Shown here piece by piece: positions 41,338-51,576 of a DNA stretch of 64,000 bases. Each line of letters starts with the position of its first letter. Position 1 is the first letter of the stretch. A program made the translations under genes and the position numbers. Source of the stretch: Promethearchaeota archaeon (GTDB lineage Archaea > Asgardarchaeota > Heimdallarchaeia > Hodarchaeales > Hodarchaeaceae); assembly GCA_048938105.1 (NCBI GenBank), contig JBHLMN010000027.1, positions 1-64,000 of the forward strand, given 5' to 3'. Under the pieces are notes generated by a model. That model was not told the DNA's origin, ran no database searches, and saw only the letters and a list, made by a program, of their open reading frames with translations.

Positions 41338-42717
41338 TTAATTTATGGATTCAGATTGTTCACGTTTTTCAACCATCATCTGACTATCTAATGAGATAAT
41401 TTTAGAACCACGTTTCTTGAGATATGTTCCAATTGCGATTAACATGAATCCAATACTAAATACTGTAAGAATAACAGCCACACCTGCTACTAATCCAAAA
41501 CTGTCTATAATTTGACCAGCAGCGGGAAGTAAAGGAACACTGAACAATGCTGTGATAGTAGGTATCAAAGAATATATAGAATTTCTATTCTCAGATGGTA
41601 CAAAATCTACTAATAACCTCATTCTTAATACTTCTGCAGTTCGATAGATCGTACTGGCACTTATGTTTATTATAATTATTGTAGACAGGAAACCAATAAG
41701 ATTAAATTTATTTTCTAAAGGTACAAGGATTAAGAGGCTAATTACTGCAGGGAAGAACAAAAATAGAAAAACCAATAGTATTAATGGATAATGTTTCGTT
41801 GAAAATTTTTTACTGAATTTAGCAATCAACAATCCAAGAGGAACACCATTGAGCATAATAATTGTTCTAAGGAGATTTGCAACCAGATCATCTCCAGAAT
41901 ATCCGAAATAAAGCGGAAAAAGTATTAAGGATCCCCAAATCCACACCCAGGTGTTAAGAATTCCAATACCTAGGATCAGAAAGAACGCAGCTTTGCTTGA
42001 CAACATAAATCTCATTCCCCCTTTAAGATAGGTAAGGTATGAACTTTCTCTCTCCTTTTTCTTGTTCTTAATGTCTGACTCGGTTATTACGATAGATATA
42101 TCTTTAATTTTATATAAAACAAATATTACCATGATTAAAGAAAACCAAATTTGCAGAAAGAATACGGTTTGACGAGAAAAAGTTGTAGAGAGAAATCCCC
42201 CAATCATATAAGATGCTGCCAAAGCTAAATTGTTTAATGTATTTATTTGGGAACGAGCAAATCCGTAGATTTTTCGATCACGATCAATAAAATCAACCTT
42301 CTTATAGTTTGAATCTAACCAAGTATCTAAAGCTCCAGAAAATTGAGCATTTCCAAAACCATTTACAATAGCTATTACAAGAAAATGAGTAAAAGTTTCT
42401 GCTATACTTAATGCAAAAAAGGCGAGTCCAAAACATAGATAAGCGATGGTAAGTACCCAACGCTGTCCAATATAATCCCCCATTGATCCAGAGGGATAAT
42501 CGAAAACAAATTGAGTTAACAGCATGATTGCCATCATTACCCCTGTTAAGGCGAACCCAATCCTATCTATCGCATATAAAGTAAAAAAAGTCCCCGAAAT
42601 ACTCATTAAAAGCGAGTCAACTAAAGTAAATGAAAAAAAGGTTTTTAGTAATGATTTAGCTTCTAGTGACAAATCTTGGATTCCCAAGAATTTATTCATT
42701 ATCATCTGAATTTTCAC
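41338..42717 (-). CDS. MFS transporter
   Basis: About 12 TMs; DYPSGSMGDYIGQR (motif A). Confidence 0.9.
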   Translation of the reverse strand: MKIQMIMNKFLGIQDLSLEAKSLLKTFFSFTLVDSLLMSISGTFFTLYAIDRIGFALTGVMMAIMLLTQFVFDYPSGSMGDYIGQRWVLTIAYLCFGLAFFALSIAETFTHFLVIAIVNGFGNAQFSGALDTWLDSNYKKVDFIDRDRKIYGFARSQINTLNNLALAASYMIGGFLSTTFSRQTVFFLQIWFSLIMVIFVLYKIKDISIVITESDIKNKKKERESSYLTYLKGGMRFMLSSKAAFFLILGIGILNTWVWIWGSLILFPLYFGYSGDDLVANLLRTIIMLNGVPLGLLIAKFSKKFSTKHYPLILLVFLFLFFPAVISLLILVPLENKFNLIGFLSTIIIINISASTIYRTAEVLRMRLLVDFVPSENRNSIYSLIPTITALFSVPLLPAAGQIIDSFGLVAGVAVILTVFSIGFMLIAIGTYLKKRGSKIISLDSQMMVEKREQSESIN

Positions 42718-42794
42718 AACCTCAAGATTAAGTATTTAAACAAAAATCATTTTTTATTACGTTTTGATTAAGTCCAAATCGTAATTCACTGACG

Positions 42795-42815
42795 ATTCGA
42801 ATTAGATTCGAAACG
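42795..42815. promoter_or_regulatory. Palindromic operator TTCGA-N7-TCGAA upstream of the MFS gene
   Basis: Adjacent to a TATA element; same motif at 44949-44969. Confidence 0.6.
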
Positions 42816-42897
42816 TAATCTTATATAAATACCTATCTAAATAGGTAAGAAGAGCCAAAAAAAATAGAAAAAAGAGTATTATCGGATTGATAATAAT

Positions 42898-43815
42898 CTA
42901 ATCAGCTAAAATCTTAATCCCCTTATCAAGTCCGAGTAATAGATTCTCTTCGCTCCAACTTCCGAAATTTCTACCAGCCAGCTCAAGGTAACCAATTTTA
43001 TGAGGATTTTTCCCCAAAATAGTACTCACAAAGGCGTCCAACTCAATTGGATTTTTAGACGCTGAAACAAACCCAGGATTTTCCCGAGTCTCCCACTTTA
43101 AGGTATCAGGGTCTCTTAAAGATGCTGTAAATACCGCTTCGACAACTCCAAAGATATTGAAGAGAGAATCATAAACCTTGTAAATATCTACAATGCTCTG
43201 ATTTAGCTTACTATGATTCTTTCCATGAAATATCCCTCTATCAGGACCAGGGATCATACCAAAAAAATTTTTTACAGAAAAGGATACAATCATAGGTGCC
43301 TCCAAAAGTCTCAGCTTCGCCAAGCTGAGTAGATCACCTCCCCTCATCTCATAAAGCTGTTCAGGAATAAATTCATAGAATTCCTCTCGCTCAAATGTAG
43401 AATGTTTGTTTTTGACAATCTCTTCTATTGAATCTCGGTCCGCAGTCCGATTAGCCCAATTTTCCTCTGTGATATTTAAGAACTGTACATCATGTTTCTT
43501 CAGGATCTCTCCGATACCAGAGTATTCCAAAAACCATTTGTCACTTTTACGGAGATCCTCACGTTCAAAAGAACCCCATCCTCCAGTTTTTAGTGCTTCT
43601 TTACTTCGAGCCCATCCGTAACTCTCTACAACGAGTGCTTCACCATTAATTGCTGAGAGAACCCAATCTAAAATTATTGCCTCTGTGAAGCAGACTGAAA
43701 ATCCCCAGTTTGGTTTGATGACAACTGGTGTTTTCAGATCTAGATCTTTGATGATTTGTTTGAAAGACTCTTCATTCACAGTCTCTTCTATGACAATATC
43801 CCCTATCTTAACCAT
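42898..43815 (-). CDS. DUF362-family protein
   Basis: VVIKPN, LVVES, SVKNFFGMIP....FH, AS.NPIELDA. Confidence 0.75.
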   Translation of the reverse strand: MVKIGDIVIEETVNEESFKQIIKDLDLKTPVVIKPNWGFSVCFTEAIILDWVLSAINGEALVVESYGWARSKEALKTGGWGSFEREDLRKSDKWFLEYSGIGEILKKHDVQFLNITEENWANRTADRDSIEEIVKNKHSTFEREEFYEFIPEQLYEMRGGDLLSLAKLRLLEAPMIVSFSVKNFFGMIPGPDRGIFHGKNHSKLNQSIVDIYKVYDSLFNIFGVVEAVFTASLRDPDTLKWETRENPGFVSASKNPIELDAFVSTILGKNPHKIGYLELAGRNFGSWSEENLLLGLDKGIKILAD

Positions 43816-43826
43816 AATATAACCTT

Positions 43827-44864
43827 CTACTCGTAATTGCGATGATTCTCTAATAAATCGTAAGTTTCTCCATGATAAAGACCTTTATTTCCTAGGAGGA
43901 ATCCTTTAGCGAATCCATATTTAAAATCAACTAATTCTGCTAATCTTTGACAATGATCATTTGTTATCTCGAATTCCAAACATTGCAAATTATCTTCTAG
44001 TTGCTCCAAGGAGGTTACACCAAATATTGGGATAAAAAGACCATCCTGTTTTCTGATCCAGTTAAGCGCAACATTTGCAGAAGAGCATCCTATTTCATCC
44101 GCAATTTTATCTACTTCTTTCGCGATTTTTAATCTGTCTTCTGGAGGTGCACCCCATTTTCCCTCTGTTAACCTCCCTGGAGTTGGATTTTCCCTTGTAT
44201 ATTTTCCTGTATATAAACCAGCTCCCAAGGGAGCCCACACTGTCATAGCCAAATCCAATTTTTTACACATTGGAATTATTTCCCTCTCTGGATCTCGGAA
44301 AGATAGATTGTAAGGAAATTGGAATGCTACAAATGGGTTCCATCCCCGTATCTCGGCTATAGTATTTGCTCTCGAAACGATCCAAGCAGGAGTATCTGAA
44401 ATACCAATATAATGGATTTTTGTTAAAGCAATTAGATCATCTAAGGATCGAATAACCTCATGAATAGGAGTTGTATAATCCCACATGTGCAAGTAGAGTA
44501 AATCAATATAATCTGTCCGTAATCGTTCTAAACTCTCCTTAACTGTTCTAAGTAAGTTCTTACGTTGATTTCCTCCAGCATTGGGATCATTCTTCCAACG
44601 ATAGTCATGAAGAGTATATTTTGTAGCAATCACATAACGATCACGATCTCCTTCAGTAAATTCTCCAACGAATTTCTCACTGGTTCCATCAGTATAATTA
44701 CACGCTGTATCGATAAAATTTCCACCTTCATCGGTATATTTTTCAAAGACTTGTTTGGCCATCTCTTTTGAACTTCCCCAACCCCAATCCTCTCCAAAAG
44801 TCATTGTTCCTAAGCAAAGTTCTGATACTCTTAGTCCGCTTCTTCCTAACAATTTATATTTCAT
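43827..44864 (-). CDS. Aldo/keto reductase
   Basis: LGRSGLRVSELCLGTMTFG, FIDTA..Y, IATKY, DYIDLLYLH. Confidence 0.95.
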   Translation of the reverse strand: MKYKLLGRSGLRVSELCLGTMTFGEDWGWGSSKEMAKQVFEKYTDEGGNFIDTACNYTDGTSEKFVGEFTEGDRDRYVIATKYTLHDYRWKNDPNAGGNQRKNLLRTVKESLERLRTDYIDLLYLHMWDYTTPIHEVIRSLDDLIALTKIHYIGISDTPAWIVSRANTIAEIRGWNPFVAFQFPYNLSFRDPEREIIPMCKKLDLAMTVWAPLGAGLYTGKYTRENPTPGRLTEGKWGAPPEDRLKIAKEVDKIADEIGCSSANVALNWIRKQDGLFIPIFGVTSLEQLEDNLQCLEFEITNDHCQRLAELVDFKYGFAKGFLLGNKGLYHGETYDLLENHRNYE

Positions 44865-44948
44865 TTTTATTATACATCCTCATAGTATTCTCATAATTAT
44901 TATTTTTCAATACGTCTTAATTAGCATTTGAATCGTTACACGATTAGT

Positions 44949-44969
44949 TTTCGAGGATGAATCGAAACG
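44949..44969. promoter_or_regulatory. Palindromic operator TTTCGA-N7-TCGAAA between AKR and the divergent regulator
   Basis: Next to TATATATA; matches 42795-42815. Confidence 0.6.
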
Positions 44970-45076
44970 CAGACAACGATATATATATTTCGTTTATGAC
45001 AAAATAATCAAAAGTGAATTTAATTACTGATAGATAAAAGCATATCAGTAGTTTAAAAATTAGAGGATGACAGTCA

Positions 45077-45763
45077 ATGACAAAAGATCGTCAGAAACTC
45101 TTTGATCACTGGAAAAATATCCCTCAATTTGTGTTTGTCAATGTTCCAAAAGAGAAATATTTCTCTCATCCTGTTCGAAGGAAAATTATCCGACTTTTAA
45201 GAAAAGGAATTGAAGAGGAATCTCCTGATGGAAATTTCAAGGTTCGTCATGCGCTGAATGTTTCTGAAATTGACGATATACTCAGTCAAACTAATGAAGC
45301 TTCTATCAGCAAAACAACTCTCTATTTTCATTTAGATATCTTAGTTGAACTTGGGTTAATCAAAAAAGTTGCAACATTGCTTGAAGGGCCTGAAAAACGA
45401 AATAAAACAAAATATTATGGTAGAGTCGCTAGGAATCTATTTGTATCCAGCAGACAGTATATTTATGAGAACTATAGGTTGTTATTTGATGAATTTCATA
45501 AATTTGCCAGTTTAATAGGTCTTAATCTCCCTACCAATTATTCTGATATCCCAAAACAGTTTTCTGAAACTAATGAACATTTCTTTCGAGTTTTTGGGGA
45601 ATGGTTAATCAAATATGAGGAGCTAATAGATAAAAATCAGATTGATATGAATCTGTTGTATGAATTTCTACAAACTGTTAATTGTACTCATTCTAATTAT
45701 ATCAATCTTTTAAATGATCTGTCTCAGGTTCTTAAAAAGAATATTCCAAATCTAAATTCATAA
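45077..45763 (+). CDS. ArsR-like winged-helix regulator
   Basis: HPVRRKIIRLL...LNVSEI...TTLYFHLDILVELGLI...KYYGRVAR. Confidence 0.85.
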   Translation: MTKDRQKLFDHWKNIPQFVFVNVPKEKYFSHPVRRKIIRLLRKGIEEESPDGNFKVRHALNVSEIDDILSQTNEASISKTTLYFHLDILVELGLIKKVATLLEGPEKRNKTKYYGRVARNLFVSSRQYIYENYRLLFDEFHKFASLIGLNLPTNYSDIPKQFSETNEHFFRVFGEWLIKYEELIDKNQIDMNLLYEFLQTVNCTHSNYINLLNDLSQVLKKNIPNLNS

Positions 45764-45835
45764 AATCAAAAAGTTAAGAAAAAAAAGAAAGGAAAAAAGA
45801 ATAAGAGAGGAAGATTAAGAGTTTATGATCATAAA

Positions 45836-46762
45836 CTAATTACTACCGACAGAAAACTCCTTAACAGCAGTCCGAACTTCAATATTTCCATAGATACTCT
45901 CAGCTTTAATATCTACAACATAATATCCGTTAGCTAATATTCCGAGATTTACAGTGAACACACCACTTTTCTCTTTAAGCTCAAATGAGCCGATTAATGT
46001 TTTTTCATCAGAAGTAAGTAGAGAAAGGTTGATACTCATTCTCCTAATGATTTCTTTATCAGATGATTCAACTGTAATAGTATATTTCCAACCTTGTTCT
46101 TCCTTTTCAAATGAAATGTCCACAGAAAGAGTATAGGAATACCCCAGAGCATTTGCAATGGCATATGAGAATTCCTTGTAGTTTGGAGGGGATGCAGTAA
46201 TGATAGTACCATCAGTAACAACAGTGGCTCCATCAATATAGATTCCGCCTGCTGTTGTCAGATTAGTAACAATTGAACTGTGAGTAGTGAACTTTTTACC
46301 ACTGATTATACCTGTTTTAGCTTGAACAAGTGTTCCATTACCTATTCCTGCAATTACTAGTCCCTGTTCATTTGCATCGTTAAGAAGACGTCCTACATGT
46401 TGATCGTCAGTAAGACTTGAGATTTTTTCTCCTCCAGGAATGACTAATGCATCGTAGTGAGTTATATCATCAATGTCCGAAATAAGGATATCAGTCATGA
46501 TCGAACTTTCTGTTGTTGTATGATTATCAGATAAGCCTGAGACAATTATGGTTCCGTGCCATTTATCCAGATATTCTTTTACTCCTTGAAAATCAGTTTC
46601 TGAATATCCATCTGTTACAAAGAAAACAACATCAGCTCCTCTGATAGACATTCCTTGGTCGAAAGCAGATTTCATTGCGTCAAAGTACATCCAAAGGATT
46701 ACTTGACCAATAAATGTAAAAATAAAAAAGCCAATTAAGATAATTCTCAACGTTTTATTCAT
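45836..46762 (-). CDS. Membrane-anchored DJ-1/PfpI-fold protein lacking the catalytic Cys
   Basis: YDALVIPGG, VVTDGTIITA; IAGIGNG replaces the IAAICHG elbow; Ig-like C-terminus. Confidence 0.8.
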   Translation of the reverse strand: MNKTLRIILIGFFIFTFIGQVILWMYFDAMKSAFDQGMSIRGADVVFFVTDGYSETDFQGVKEYLDKWHGTIIVSGLSDNHTTTESSIMTDILISDIDDITHYDALVIPGGEKISSLTDDQHVGRLLNDANEQGLVIAGIGNGTLVQAKTGIISGKKFTTHSSIVTNLTTAGGIYIDGATVVTDGTIITASPPNYKEFSYAIANALGYSYTLSVDISFEKEEQGWKYTITVESSDKEIIRRMSINLSLLTSDEKTLIGSFELKEKSGVFTVNLGILANGYYVVDIKAESIYGNIEVRTAVKEFSVGSN

Positions 46763-46812
46763 TTATTTCACCACAATTTTTAGTAAAAAAGAGGGAAAAG
46801 TGAGATTAGATT

Positions 46813-48429
46813 CTATTCCATGTTACCGAGTTTCTTTGCTCCAAGCGACAACATTGTTATTCCAAAGACCCATTGTAAAGCAGTATAAATTACTGCAACA
46901 GGATATAGTGCATCTGCGATAGCAAAGAGATCCCAGAGAATCTGATCTAGGGGGATCAATAAAACAAAGAATGGAATCATGACACCAAATACACAAATTT
47001 GGATATTTATCATGAATTCACCACTCTTATCTGTGAATGCGGGGTTTACTAGAAACAAACCGAGAGTGAAAGTTATTGATGCTGCAGCAATTAAAAGTGT
47101 CAAAATAACATTAAGAAACAATTGTTCTAAGATTATATCTGGGACAAGCAAGTTAATTGTGGTTTCAACTACAAATACAATAGGAAGAATAGTTAGAAGA
47201 TATTGGTTCAATTTAATTCTAAGATACTTTCCTGTTCCTGTAGGGGTTTGTTTATAGAGTAATAAATTTTCTTTACCCTGAAGACTAATATCGGAAGTAA
47301 CAAAAGCTGCCAGGAGAGGCCCTATGAATAAAGACATGACAAAAGCACTCTCTGGATCATCAGGCTGAGAAAGAAAGATATTCATTACTACAATTAATCC
47401 CACACCATAGATTATCCATGCAATATTTTTTGCTTTGCGGAAATAGCTCTTAAATCCTGAAGAAAGAAGAAGACCAGAGGATCCACCACCACCAAGTTTT
47501 TTGATGGAGTTATAGAATAAGCTATCCGTTTTTGACTTAGATGGGCTAAAAGATGTTGGTTCGAGGTTGTAAACTCGATTTGCTATAATTCCACCAATCA
47601 AGAGAGAAGCACAGAAGAAAGTAACTAATGCACTAAATTGTAAGATTGTTGTGAATTCAGTAGCTAGGATATCTCCAGGATTTTGTGCAAATGTAACAAT
47701 GATCTCTGAACCCCATCCCCATGGAAAGTATCCAAAAAGATCCTTTACAAGTTGTGCATTTTGAGGATCTTTAAGAACTTCATAGTACCCACCTATTACT
47801 AGATATATGACAGCAACTAATGGTATAATAACAATGATTGCTAGTCCTTTTCCAATGTCTCTTCCACGAGCCGTTTTCATTAGAATTGATCGTAAGAGAA
47901 CACCAATCATTGTTCCTACCCAAGTAGCTGCTAAAAAGAGAATAATGAAGACAGCAACGATAATAAAAATCTGAGATATGTCTAAATCAAGTGGGAAAAG
48001 GGCTGCAGTAAAAGTCCCACCAATGATTGCTGCAAATGTAGCATAGAAGGGGATTTTTCCTAAGAACTCACCTATCAAGATATCACTAGGTTGGACAGGG
48101 GAAGACAAATAGATCTCTATATGTTCTGTTTTAATATCCTGTATAGTGGATGCAACTGGTAGGGAAGCGAACATGACAAAGAATACAAAAAAGAAGACAT
48201 CAATGAGAGCAACAGCTACTGCTGAAAGTAATAATTCATGCAATTCATCGACAAAAGCATCAATGATATAGGGGGCAATGAATAAGGTATAAATTGCTAA
48301 TCCCCCAATTAAAATATAGGGGAGATAAGGCCTGATTTCACGAATACGGCTTGTAGATACCCGATATTCAGTTTTTGCAATCGATAACCAAGTGGTCCTT
48401 CGAAGAGAAATCAACTGTGGTTCCTCCAA
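46813..48429 (-). CDS. ABC exporter permease
   Basis: About 12-14 TMs, tandem ABC-2-like halves (YLSSPVQPSDIL; LYKQTP); overlaps the ATPase gene. Confidence 0.8.
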   Translation of the reverse strand: MEEPQLISLRRTTWLSIAKTEYRVSTSRIREIRPYLPYILIGGLAIYTLFIAPYIIDAFVDELHELLLSAVAVALIDVFFFVFFVMFASLPVASTIQDIKTEHIEIYLSSPVQPSDILIGEFLGKIPFYATFAAIIGGTFTAALFPLDLDISQIFIIVAVFIILFLAATWVGTMIGVLLRSILMKTARGRDIGKGLAIIVIIPLVAVIYLVIGGYYEVLKDPQNAQLVKDLFGYFPWGWGSEIIVTFAQNPGDILATEFTTILQFSALVTFFCASLLIGGIIANRVYNLEPTSFSPSKSKTDSLFYNSIKKLGGGGSSGLLLSSGFKSYFRKAKNIAWIIYGVGLIVVMNIFLSQPDDPESAFVMSLFIGPLLAAFVTSDISLQGKENLLLYKQTPTGTGKYLRIKLNQYLLTILPIVFVVETTINLLVPDIILEQLFLNVILTLLIAAASITFTLGLFLVNPAFTDKSGEFMINIQICVFGVMIPFFVLLIPLDQILWDLFAIADALYPVAVIYTALQWVFGITMLSLGAKKLGNME

Positions 48430-49220
48430 GCTAGGAGTTCTTTTTCATCAATGCCTCCAGTTAAGGCTATAAAAGCTTCTTCTAATGTTTTTGTTCCTGC
48501 TTGAGTAATGATCTCGTCTACTGTACCCACTGCAACGAGTCGACCTTGGTTAATTATACCAATTCGATCGCAAAGCTCCTCTACGATGGGAAGCATATGA
48601 CTACATATAACAATAGTCCTTCCAAGCTGATCTGCTAACCCTTTAATTAAATCTTTAACCATATGAGCAGCACGAGGATCCAAGGCTGCTGTGGGTTCAT
48701 CAAAAAATATGATCGAAGGATCGTGAATCAACGCTGCGGCAATTAATACTTTCTGTTTCATTCCCGAACTAAAACCTTCGAGGAGATAATCTTTCCTATC
48801 AGTCAGACCAAAAAGTTTCAAAAGCTCTTTAATCCGCTCTTTTAGAATGTTTCCTTTAATGTTATACAAGGCTCCCATGAATTCGAGAAACTCATAAGCA
48901 CTGAGCTTTTCGTATAACCCTGGTGACTCAGCCAACAGGCCAGTGATGGTTTTTACTTTAATTGAGTCTTTCAAGATATTAAACCCATTTACATCAGCAG
49001 TACCACTAGTTGGTTTCAGAATACAGTTTAAGAGGCGAACGGTCGTAGTTTTCCCAGCACCATTTGGTCCAAGGAGTCCAAAAGTTTCACCCTCATAAAC
49101 TTCAAGATCAAGCTCATCAACAGCTCTGATCTCTTTCCCATAATACTTAGATAACTTATCCGTACGGATAAGAACCTTTCTTTTTTGTTTTGTTTCAGCT
49201 ATTATTTCTTGTAATTGCAT
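48411..49220 (-). CDS. ABC transporter ATP-binding protein
   Basis: GPNGAGKTT, FSSGMKQ, FFDEPT, CSH. Confidence 0.95.
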   Translation of the reverse strand: MQLQEIIAETKQKRKVLIRTDKLSKYYGKEIRAVDELDLEVYEGETFGLLGPNGAGKTTTVRLLNCILKPTSGTADVNGFNILKDSIKVKTITGLLAESPGLYEKLSAYEFLEFMGALYNIKGNILKERIKELLKLFGLTDRKDYLLEGFSSGMKQKVLIAAALIHDPSIIFFDEPTAALDPRAAHMVKDLIKGLADQLGRTIVICSHMLPIVEELCDRIGIINQGRLVAVGTVDEIITQAGTKTLEEAFIALTGGIDEKELLAWRNHS

Positions 49221-49242
49221 TTATTACACCTTTAATTTGATC

Positions 49243-49704
49243 TCAATTTACCCTCCACCCACAGGAGGCACAAAATCGATCATCTGGTTCTAATTCTGTT
49301 CCACAATTCATACAGAAAAACGAGGAAGACTTTGGCTCTGATCCCCAATAATAGTCATTTCTAGTTTCATTTTTGCAATAGGGAGTTCTTCTTGGTCTCT
49401 GTCTTATATGATGAGAAATTAAATTTGAATTTCGATGGGAGGAATCATCCTGAGTTCCTTCATTTTGATCCAGAGTTTCAGTGAAACCAACTGCAACTAT
49501 AACTATTATTCCAATCATAAAGATGAATATTAGTAGAAAAATTGTCATTGAACTATCACTATACATCCCGAGGATGAGTGCTAGAGGTACAAAAAGTCCC
49601 ATTACGAGGCTTAAGATAGTAATCAAGACCACCAACTTACCTGGTTTTTTACGCCGTCTTCCATCTTCAGCGCATGCTGCGGCAGCTGCAGCTATCCATG
49701 CCAT
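49243..49704 (-). CDS. Two-TM protein with C-terminal zinc ribbon
   Basis: FCMNCG...FCASCG. Confidence 0.75.
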   Translation of the reverse strand: MAWIAAAAAACAEDGRRRKKPGKLVVLITILSLVMGLFVPLALILGMYSDSSMTIFLLIFIFMIGIIVIVAVGFTETLDQNEGTQDDSSHRNSNLISHHIRQRPRRTPYCKNETRNDYYWGSEPKSSSFFCMNCGTELEPDDRFCASCGWRVN

Positions 49705-49913
49705 TATCCTATACCTCCATCTATCGATATGTTCTTTATTCGCTTAGATTTAGCTACAGAAGAAATTATGAACACTAATCCGAGTATAAAGAACAGTGGA
49801 TTAGTAGCTCCTAGACAGAGCCAAACAATTCCTAGAGTTTGCAGCGCTTGAAGCTGTTCAAACTCTTTATCCATTTTTATGTGAGTTTTTTCTTTTATTT
49901 CTTGATTAAGCAA
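49704..49913 (-). CDS. Small membrane protein
   Basis: TTG start after GGAG; stop overlaps the next ATG. Confidence 0.55.
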   Translation of the reverse strand: MLNQEIKEKTHIKMDKEFEQLQALQTLGIVWLCLGATNPLFFILGLVFIISSVAKSKRIKNISIDGGIG

Positions 49914-49985
49914 TTTCTATGCTCCTTTCAAATTAGTAACTACCTAAAATGCGTTTGTTAATTTCCGTTACCAATTTTTCTTCTG

Positions 49986-50015
49986 GTTACTATTTTTTAG
50001 TAACATATTTATAAA
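49986..50015 (-). promoter_or_regulatory. TATA plus perfect palindrome GTTACTA-N5-TAGTAAC (TTAC-N9-GTAA)
   Basis: Minus strand TTTATAAATAT-GTTACTAAAAAATAGTAAC; same core and spacing as 21354-21372. Confidence 0.65.
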
Positions 50016-50281
50016 TGTTTATATTTAGGAAAAGTTAAAAAAAGAGGGGTATGGAATATATTTCAAAAGGTTATATACTTTAAAGATTGTTTATTAGAAG
50101 AAAAATGGATATTAATCCTTATTTTATAGAAACAAAAGATTTATATAGGTTTATTGAAAATGAGTATGTGAATACTTATTGGTAACGACATTTAGTAAAA
50201 TTTGTTGATCTACTTGTTAAATGTTTATAAGTGAAATTCTCTGTGAGTAAGTATTAGTAACATAAATCATCACGAGGATTA

Positions 50282-50830
50282 ATGATGACTACTCAATTAT
50301 CAGATTCAGAAAAAATCGTAATAAGGGAAGTCTTCATAAATCCTCATGTCAATTTCGAAGATATTGCCACTATCTTAAAAGCAGAAAGAGAGAGGAAAAA
50401 GAAAAAAGATCAACGATTTCAAAATGAAGTAGATGTCCGAACTATCTCTAAATTCAAGTCAGTTGGTCTAAAAAAAATCCGTCAAGGCCTGGAACAACTA
50501 GCTGACACATCACGTTTAGATCGTTCCATTCAAGACAAGGAAGAAGAAGCAAGATTAGAAATACTTCAAAGGAATGGCATTCTTTATGGGCACGATTTTA
50601 GAATTGATAGAAAAGTTTACATCCTTTATTCTTTGGAAGAAGGATTTATTCTATGGCAAGAACATGTATGTAATATTAAATGTCAGGTTCAATGCGATGA
50701 AATTCTGAATCTTATTCGAAAGGAGCATGGACTTGATGAATTGACCAATGGTAAACTAACACGAGAGAAATTTGAAGATACATTTGATGAAATTGTTGAG
50801 AGAGAAAAACAAGGAAAGAAAGAAGAATGA
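50282..50830 (+). CDS. Putative regulator, paralogue of 20839-21348
   Basis: LSDSEK, IRQGLEQLA...RLD, KVYILYS.EEG, WQEHVCNIKCQVQC. Confidence 0.7.
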   Translation: MMTTQLSDSEKIVIREVFINPHVNFEDIATILKAERERKKKKDQRFQNEVDVRTISKFKSVGLKKIRQGLEQLADTSRLDRSIQDKEEEARLEILQRNGILYGHDFRIDRKVYILYSLEEGFILWQEHVCNIKCQVQCDEILNLIRKEHGLDELTNGKLTREKFEDTFDEIVEREKQGKKEE

Positions 50831-51576
50831 ATGAAGTCAAAATAATCAAGGGATCTGACATCCCACCTCCACCTGGAAAACCAAGAATTATTCGTCCAAG
50901 TAGGAATCTTCTCTGGAAAAATTATTTATTATATGTCTTAGTGTTTATCATTTTCACAACTGCTTTGTTAATTATTTTCACTATGTTTGGTTTGTGGTTG
51001 GGTTCTGAACTTGCAGATCCGCAGAGAGAAATATTATATCAAACTTTTCTTTGGATGGGTGTCATCTACATGGCAATCTGGTTTGGAATCACCGTTTTTT
51101 ATGTGTTAGGTATGCGATTATATATAAAATCCATGTTATTTATCGTTCACGGTCATGAGATTGTTGTTCACAAAGGATTGATTAATAAATCTGAAAAGCA
51201 TGTACCTTATCGAACAGTGACAAATATTAACATGAAGACTGGCCCCTTCGACCGATTATTTGGGATTGGTACTATTGAAATTCAAACAGCAGGTGGAAAG
51301 GGGTATTCTCTTGATGAGACTGCAGAGGAGAAATTAGAAGGCATCAAAGTTTACAGGGAGGTGAGAGATTACATTCTCACTCAATTACGGCAATTTCAAG
51401 CTGCCTATGGAACTACCGTTCCTAAAGATGAGGAAGAACCTAGTGAATCCGTACCTTACCAAATAGTCTCTGAATTAAGAGAGATTAAAACTTTGATGAG
51501 TACAAGATTAAAAGGAATGGAATCCAAATTAGAGGAATTAGATAAGAAGTTAGAGAGATTACAAAGACCTTATTAG
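50827..51576 (+). CDS. Membrane protein with bacterial PH domain and C-terminal coiled coil
   Basis: Closest to 20166-20846 (VKIIKG, FIVHG.E..V.KGLINK, GP.DRLFGIG); ATGA overlap with the regulator. Confidence 0.85.
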   Translation: MNEVKIIKGSDIPPPPGKPRIIRPSRNLLWKNYLLYVLVFIIFTTALLIIFTMFGLWLGSELADPQREILYQTFLWMGVIYMAIWFGITVFYVLGMRLYIKSMLFIVHGHEIVVHKGLINKSEKHVPYRTVTNINMKTGPFDRLFGIGTIEIQTAGGKGYSLDETAEEKLEGIKVYREVRDYILTQLRQFQAAYGTTVPKDEEEPSESVPYQIVSELREIKTLMSTRLKGMESKLEELDKKLERLQRPY

